A stretch of DNA of 36,358 nucleotides from contig JAIXVU010000002.1 in NCBI GenBank assembly GCA_027482685.1, forward strand, positions 85,352 through 121,709. Reading direction: 5' to 3'. Under the pieces are notes generated by a model. That model was not told the origin of the DNA. It was given only the letters and a program-made list of their open reading frames with translations, and searched no databases. Source of the stretch: a bacterium (lineage in GTDB: Bacteria; Patescibacteriota; Minisyncoccia; Phycocordibacterales; UBA5272). Positions within the stretch are counted from its first letter, which is position 1. Each line of letters opens with the position of its first letter. A program made the translations under genes and the position numbers. Positions 31,165 to 36,358 of the stretch are shown here, one piece after another.

Positions 31165-34100
31165 TTATTTTTTTATAAGCTTTTCTATTGTATCTATAAT
31201 CATGGTTCGTGAGTCGTTACGAAGATTAACTTTCCCTTGAAAAATAAGAGGAATGTCTAGATAAAGCTTGTCCTTTAATTTTTTGTAGCTTTCTGGGAAA
31301 AGTGCGACTTCAAATGAGCCATAGTGATCACGAAGGATAAGTAGGGCCATTTTATCACCCTTTTTTGTGGTAGTTATTCTAATTTGCTCAATAATTGCTG
31401 CTATATTAACTTTTTGATTATCAAATGTTCCTGCAAGAATCTTATCTATAGTAATACCTCTTTGATCTATTTTTTCTTTCCATGGGTCAAGTGGAAAGCC
31501 TGATACAAATAATCCGAGCAGTTCTTTTTCCCAGGCTAATCGCTGTTCTTGAGTAACAGAAGTTGATTTTTTAAGTGTAAACACGGAAGAGGTAATGCCT
31601 CCAAATAAACTTCCTTGTAAATGGTTATCCTTAATTACTTCTTTATGAAACTGTAGTATAGCGTCCATATTACCTAGGACATCTCCGCGGTCAACAAGAG
31701 CATCTAATGCTCCGCACATTGTTAATGCTTCTAAAGATTTTTTATTAAGGTTTTTATGAGTAATACGTTCAAGAAAATTTTCAAATGATGTGAAAGGTCC
31801 GGTTTTTTTTCTTTCGTTTACTATTGCGTCAGCAATGTCAACACCAAGATTTTTTATTGTATAAAGTCCAAAACGTATTTCTTCTTTACCGTTTGAGTCT
31901 GTGACTATGCTAAAACCTCCTTCACTCATATTAATATCAGGAGGAAGGATTTTTATCTGCATTCGTTTGCACTCTGTTACTATTTCTGCAATTTTTTCAA
32001 TATCACCACTTTCATTTGTAAGAATTGCGGTCATATATGCAATTGGGAAGTTAGCTTTCATGTATGCAGTTTGGTAAGCAACACGACCATAACTTGCTGC
32101 ATGCGCTTTGTTGAACCCATACGCTGCGAACGGTTCAATTAATCGCCAAAGCTCGTTACTTTTTTTCTCTGAAAGACCATGCTCATGAAAACCTTTCATA
32201 AGCTTTTCTTTTTGCGCTTGCATTTCTGCAGGGATTTTTTTACCCATAGCTTTACGTAGCTTATCCGCTTCAAGCCAAGAGTACCCCGCCAGATGTATAG
32301 CAATAAGCATCACGTCATCTTGATAAACAATAACACCAAAAGACTGATCGAGAATTGGCTCTAAACGAGGGTCAAGAAATGTTACTTTTGTCGCATCGTG
32401 TTTACGAGAGATATATTCTGGAATCATTTCAAGAGGCCCTGGTCGATAGAGAGCAACCATAGCATTAATATCAAAGATAGTTGTTGGTTTAAGTTCTTTT
32501 AGAAACTTCGTCATGCCTGAACCGTTTAATTGAAAGAGCCCAGCTGTTTCGCCGCGAGCAAGAAGAGCAAATGTAACAGGGTCATCTAATGGTATATTTT
32601 CTATATCAATATTTTTTCCGTAACGTTCTTTTACGATCGTGAGAGCATCTCCGAGAATGGTTAAGTTACGAATACCCAAAAAATCAAACTTAAGAAGCCC
32701 TGCATCCTCAATTGTATACATGTCATATTGAGTGATTATTTTTCCACCTTTAGGATCTTTTTGTATTGGGGTAAAATCCCAAAGTGGTGAAGGAGAGATA
32801 ACTGTTCCTGCGGCATGTACAGAAATGTGTCTAACACAGCCCTCAACTTTTTGTGCCATATCGAGAATTATTTGTGTTTCTCGATCCGTGTCGTACATTT
32901 CTTTTAGTTCTGGAACTTCTTGTAATGCCGATGCTATCGTAACAGGGAATCCTTGCTTTGGCATAGGAATCATTTTACTGATACGGTCTCCAACCATATA
33001 TGGGAACTTCATTGCGCGCGCCACATCTCGTACAGCACCACGTGCCATCATGGTACCAAAGGTTCCAATTTGAGCAACGTTATCTATTCCATATTTTCTT
33101 CTGGCATAATTAATCACTTCGTCTCTACGGGTATCAGCATAATCCATATCAACATCAGGTGCTGATGGGCGCTCCGGGTTTAAGAATCGTTCAAAAGGCA
33201 ACTTGTACTCAATAGGATTACACTTTGTGATCTGGAGTAAATACGTAACAAGGGATCCGGCTACCGACCCTCTAATATTAGTAAGGATATTATTTTCACG
33301 TGCGAATCTAAGTAGGTCATATACAACGAGGAAGTATGGGGAGTATCCTTTATCTGCAATAACCTTTAGTTCATAATCAAGACGGCTTTTTATAGGTTCG
33401 GTTAGCTCTAAGCTTCTAATAGATAGTCCCTTATACGCAAGGTCTCTAATGTCCTCGTCATAACTTTTTGTAAATTCTATATTAGGGAATACCCACGACC
33501 CCAAAGTTAGTTCAACATTGCAAAGATCTGCTATTTCTTCAGTCGCCTTGATTGCTTCTGGTGCATCAAAAAATTCTTTATATACTTCATCTTGTGAAGC
33601 GAAATGAAAATCATCTTTTTGATAAAAATTTGAATATTCGTCCACTGAGTGCTCGTCTCCATGTACTAAAAAGAGCGTCTTATGTGCTTGCTTATCCTCA
33701 AGCTCTAAGTAGTGAGTATTAAGACAAGCAACAACCTTAGTATTAGTTTCTTTTGCAAAGCTTAAGATATCCTTTCTAATAGTTTTATTTTCAAAGAAAG
33801 AAAGCGACTGATTAATCTCAAGATAGACTGAGTCTGCACCAAAACATTTTTTATAAAAATCTAACCGGTCTTTAGCGATAGCTTTATTAGTATAAAGAAA
33901 AGAACTGATATCACCCCAAACACCACCAGACAGAAAGATAAGACCTTCTCCATAAAGAGTGATAATATCGTCGGTAAGAAGAGGGCTGACAGGGTCATTA
34001 ACATTGATAATAGAAGTCATTCTCATTAAATTTTTATATCCTTGAATATTCTTAGCAAGAAGAACAACTTTAAAAGTTTGCTCGTGGCTCAAAATAGAAA

Positions 34101-34296
34101 ATTCTACACCTATAATCGGCTTAATACTTCTCTTTCTAGATTTGGCAAAAAACTCAATTACCCCGTACATATTATTAGTATCAGTTAAAGCAACAGCAGG
34201 GAGGTTCTCTCTTTTTACTTTGTCCAAGAAATCATCAATTTTAGGCAGCCCACGCAAAAGTGAATAATGGGTATGATTACGTAAATGAATAAACAT
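31165..34296 (-). CDS. dnaE: DNA polymerase III alpha subunit
   Basis: I moved the start to ATG 34296 (MFIHLRNHTHYSLLRGL.., the PHP domain) because TACACT (34309..34304, minus strand) ends 7 nt upstream. Also present are the polymerase core (PDVDMDY), an HhH segment and a C-terminal OB fold. Confidence 0.95.
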   Translation of the reverse strand: MFIHLRNHTHYSLLRGLPKIDDFLDKVKRENLPAVALTDTNNMYGVIEFFAKSRKRSIKPIIGVEFSILSHEQTFKVVLLAKNIQGYKNLMRMTSIINVNDPVSPLLTDDIITLYGEGLIFLSGGVWGDISSFLYTNKAIAKDRLDFYKKCFGADSVYLEINQSLSFFENKTIRKDILSFAKETNTKVVACLNTHYLELEDKQAHKTLFLVHGDEHSVDEYSNFYQKDDFHFASQDEVYKEFFDAPEAIKATEEIADLCNVELTLGSWVFPNIEFTKSYDEDIRDLAYKGLSIRSLELTEPIKSRLDYELKVIADKGYSPYFLVVYDLLRFARENNILTNIRGSVAGSLVTYLLQITKCNPIEYKLPFERFLNPERPSAPDVDMDYADTRRDEVINYARRKYGIDNVAQIGTFGTMMARGAVRDVARAMKFPYMVGDRISKMIPMPKQGFPVTIASALQEVPELKEMYDTDRETQIILDMAQKVEGCVRHISVHAAGTVISPSPLWDFTPIQKDPKGGKIITQYDMYTIEDAGLLKFDFLGIRNLTILGDALTIVKERYGKNIDIENIPLDDPVTFALLARGETAGLFQLNGSGMTKFLKELKPTTIFDINAMVALYRPGPLEMIPEYISRKHDATKVTFLDPRLEPILDQSFGVIVYQDDVMLIAIHLAGYSWLEADKLRKAMGKKIPAEMQAQKEKLMKGFHEHGLSEKKSNELWRLIEPFAAYGFNKAHAASYGRVAYQTAYMKANFPIAYMTAILTNESGDIEKIAEIVTECKRMQIKILPPDINMSEGGFSIVTDSNGKEEIRFGLYTIKNLGVDIADAIVNERKKTGPFTSFENFLERITHKNLNKKSLEALTMCGALDALVDRGDVLGNMDAILQFHKEVIKDNHLQGSLFGGITSSVFTLKKSTSVTQEQRLAWEKELLGLFVSGFPLDPWKEKIDQRGITIDKILAGTFDNQKVNIAAIIEQIRITTTKKGDKMALLILRDHYGSFEVALFPESYKKLKDKLYLDIPLIFQGKVNLRNDSRTMIIDTIEKLIKK

Positions 34297-34359
34297 AAAT
34301 ATAAGTGTAACAGAAGACATCAGAAGAACTAAGAACCTATTGATCATAGGTAAAACCAC

Positions 34360-34854
34360 TCAAAGTAAGCTTGATAAATCAGTAATGAATAATTCTAATC
34401 ATATATTATTATATTTTATCAAATAGTTATTTAACACTTAAATTTCAATATATTATAAACTATTAGATAAAACCGAAATTTAAATATTATATTTTAAATA
34501 AAAACGATGTTTTGATTCATTGCTAGAATATCAAATTAATTTATAAAATATTTAAATTTGCTGCTTTAGATCAAGAAAGTGAAGAATAATAGGAATTAAT
34601 TCTTATGTAATATACGTTTTTTTTTACTTACTTATTATATTTTTTTTATTCTTTATTTTTTAATTAGTAGCTCGTTTTTTTAGTTCTTTTTACCAGGGGT
34701 ACTAATTGAAAATAATAAAAGAATTTTTACCGCTTTTTTCTTTAAATACTTCTTTTTTATTAAGGTCTTTTTGTTTGTACTTTATCCACATATTTATTCA
34801 ATTTTTCACTGTACTTATGCACACTTTTTACTATACTTAGTATAAGTTAATTTC
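34360..34854. other. 495-nt extremely AT-rich divergent intergenic region with two TTATNCACA (DnaA-box consensus) sites
   Basis: Hand counts give 8/60 and 6/60 G+C for 34381-34440 and 34441-34500. TTATCCACA lies at 34782-34790 and TTATGCACA at 34815-34823, in the same orientation. There are many A/T-only repeats. Confidence 0.3.
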
Positions 34855-36358
34855 ATGCGATATTTTACAAATCTGCTCATTAAAAAATCTGTCGCAGGAA
34901 TCCTCACTCTTGTACTTGTACTTAATGTTTTTTTACCTATCCCGATTTTTGCTCTTGATTCAAATTTTGCAGTGGCTTCAACCTTTTCCAAAGAAAGTTT
35001 TAATTTAAATAATTTTACATTTACTAAATTATCTTTTTCAAAAATTAATTCGTTCTTAAATTCACGACCATTTTCTTTTGAAGGTAAAACAATGCCGTTC
35101 AGTCTCGTTTCTAAATCTCTTTCAAATAGAAGTACTACATATAGTGATCTTTTTTTATCTCCTATTTTACCAACATCTTCTTTTCTTACTAATTTTAAAA
35201 TATCAAAGCTAGATTTAAGTTTAAAAGATAATATTAGTAGTTTACCTAAAATCTCTGGTCCGTTTTTTACCGAGCCATATACAATCTATTTTTCATCTTT
35301 AGAGCAAGTATCTGCAGCTACAAGTACGAAATCTATAAAGAATAAGCTACCGCTTCTTGATAAAATCTCTCTATCTTTTTATTGTTTTGTATCTGCTCGA
35401 TCAACCTCCTTTGACTACAGCATTTGCCAATCTGAGGATGTAACAATTAACACGCCACAGATTTCCGTATCTTCATCAACGTTATCTGATGTTAAACAAG
35501 TAGCAACACAAACTGCCCTAAATTCTAAAAAAACAACACAGAATGTTTCAGGTTTTCTCCCAAATACAAACCCTGTTTATGTTACTAACTATGTAACAAA
35601 CTATATTCCGGTTGCTGGTCCTGCCGGAGTAAATGGTAAAGATGGAAGAGACGGGGTTTCACCCCAAGGAGGTTCCTCAATTTCTTATCCTATTGGATTT
35701 TCTGGCATTACAACAGTTGGTAATTTACGAGATACAGTTATTGATAATCCAACTATTACCAATGGATCTATCACAAACACTTCAATTTCCAATGCGGTTC
35801 TAAATAACTCAACCTTTAATGGGAGTGCGGTCTTTACGGGGAACACAACAATGACTAATCTTAGTCTATCTGGATCATTTACAGATTCTTTGAGTGCAAC
35901 GGGCACTCCTGGTCAGTTATTGGCAAGTACTGGGACGTCAACCTACTGGACTACAGTTTTCGGCACTATAATAGCAGGGACTGCAACTAACACTACTCTA
36001 TCTTGGAACGGAACTTCTTGGACAGAAAATCTAAATTTTTATGCTGCGCCAACGGGCGATTTGAGTACTAACGGCATGCTTAACGTTGTTGGTACGACTA
36101 CATTAGCTACGACAACAATAACGTATCTTACTGTCGGTGATGTTGTTTTTAATACAGCATCCTCAACTAATTTTAATAGCGGTAGTTTTACTGCGGGTGA
36201 GGCTATCTTTACTAACGCTACTGCTACTAACCTCACTGCTACTAACAGTACCTCTACCAACCTCTTCTCTACCAACGGTACCTTTGTTAACCTCCTAACC
36301 ACTAACGCTACATCAACTAACCTCTTCACAAACATCCTTACAGCACTAACTGCTACTA
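34855..36358 (+). CDS. Large secreted tail-fibre-like / collagen-like repeat surface protein (3'-partial, runs off right edge; absent from the ORF track)
   Basis: I translated frame 1 from ATG 34855 by hand and found no stop through 36357 (501 codons). It has a signal or anchor segment (SVAGILTLVLVLNVFLPIPIFA). Five Gly-X-Y triplets GPAGVNGKDGRDGVS lie at 35617-35661. Asn/Thr-rich beta-helix-like repeats and a GQLLASTGTSTYW motif follow, then decapeptide repeats to the window end. Confidence 0.8.
   Translation, partial: MRYFTNLLIKKSVAGILTLVLVLNVFLPIPIFALDSNFAVASTFSKESFNLNNFTFTKLSFSKINSFLNSRPFSFEGKTMPFSLVSKSLSNRSTTYSDLFLSPILPTSSFLTNFKISKLDLSLKDNISSLPKISGPFFTEPYTIYFSSLEQVSAATSTKSIKNKLPLLDKISLSFYCFVSARSTSFDYSICQSEDVTINTPQISVSSSTLSDVKQVATQTALNSKKTTQNVSGFLPNTNPVYVTNYVTNYIPVAGPAGVNGKDGRDGVSPQGGSSISYPIGFSGITTVGNLRDTVIDNPTITNGSITNTSISNAVLNNSTFNGSAVFTGNTTMTNLSLSGSFTDSLSATGTPGQLLASTGTSTYWTTVFGTIIAGTATNTTLSWNGTSWTENLNFYAAPTGDLSTNGMLNVVGTTTLATTTITYLTVGDVVFNTASSTNFNSGSFTAGEAIFTNATATNLTATNSTSTNLFSTNGTFVNLLTTNATSTNLFTNILTALTAT
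36211..36358 (+). repeat. In-frame 30-bp tandem repeats (at least 5 units) encoding TN-x-T-x-x-NL-x-x decapeptides
   Basis: The units start at 36211, 36241, 36271, 36301 and 36331, and read actaacgctactgctactaacctcactgct / actaacagtacctctaccaacctcttctct / accaacggtacctttgttaacctcctaacc / actaacgctacatcaactaacctcttcaca / ... Confidence 0.85.

Noticed and set aside
36211-36358. The regular 30-bp repeats might be a CRISPR array or satellite.
   Set aside because: The units are directly abutting with no spacers. They are in frame with the long ORF starting at 34855 and encode a coherent decapeptide repeat, so they are coding tandem repeats.
1-36358. The genome might use an alternative genetic code (UGA recoding as in Gracilibacteria/SR1 or Mycoplasma-type).
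   Set aside because: Conserved genes are uninterrupted under the standard code. TGA appears to function as a stop, for example at 327-329. The only broken gene, GH130, is explained by a frameshift rather than an in-frame TGA.

Overview
This is a gene-dense 36.4-kb chromosomal window from an AT-leaning bacterium, roughly 40% G+C in coding lines I hand-counted. It uses the standard genetic code: TGA, TAG and TAA all terminate long ORFs. I infer a reduced-genome Candidate Phyla Radiation (Patescibacteria-like) organism. The grounds are the C-terminal end of a transketolase-family protein at the left edge, minimal UvrA and UvrC, a membrane-anchored orphan solute-binding protein, a tail-fibre-like surface protein, and almost no Shine-Dalgarno sites. 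About 28 protein genes are supported. Left to right they are: a transketolase C-terminus, a small GC-rich ORF, a PfkB kinase, class II aldolase, a VIT1/CCC1 transporter, malic enzyme, a Ca2+/Na+ antiporter, tgt and a membrane protein. Next comes a contiguous uvrB / anchored protein / uvrA / (RNA-like element) / uvrC / nrdA / nrdB block. After it come two compositionally aberrant unknown genes, an FKBP isomerase, a frameshifted GH130 phosphorylase, a degenerate Ddl-like ATP-grasp protein, a YegP-like protein, a cluster-less MutY-like glycosylase, a pseudouridine synthase, an MFS transporter, RNase J, a family-5 solute-binding protein, secG and dnaE. The window ends with a 495-nt extremely AT-rich spacer and the 5' part of a large secreted repeat protein that is missing from the ORF track because it runs off the window. 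I found no tRNA, rRNA, CRISPR array, transposase or integrase. The most interesting unexplained signals are: (1) a ~400-nt GC-rich, helix-packed RNA-like element with its own minus-strand terminator between uvrA and uvrC; (2) two further GC-rich intergenic patches of similar layout; (3) a 126-nt inverted-repeat element plus a two-gene islet of aberrant composition after nrdB; (4) -10 boxes 6-9 nt from start codons at many genes, implying leaderless mRNAs; (5) several housekeeping enzymes missing canonical domains or metal sites. All functional calls come from reading the translations and motifs by eye; no database search was possible.
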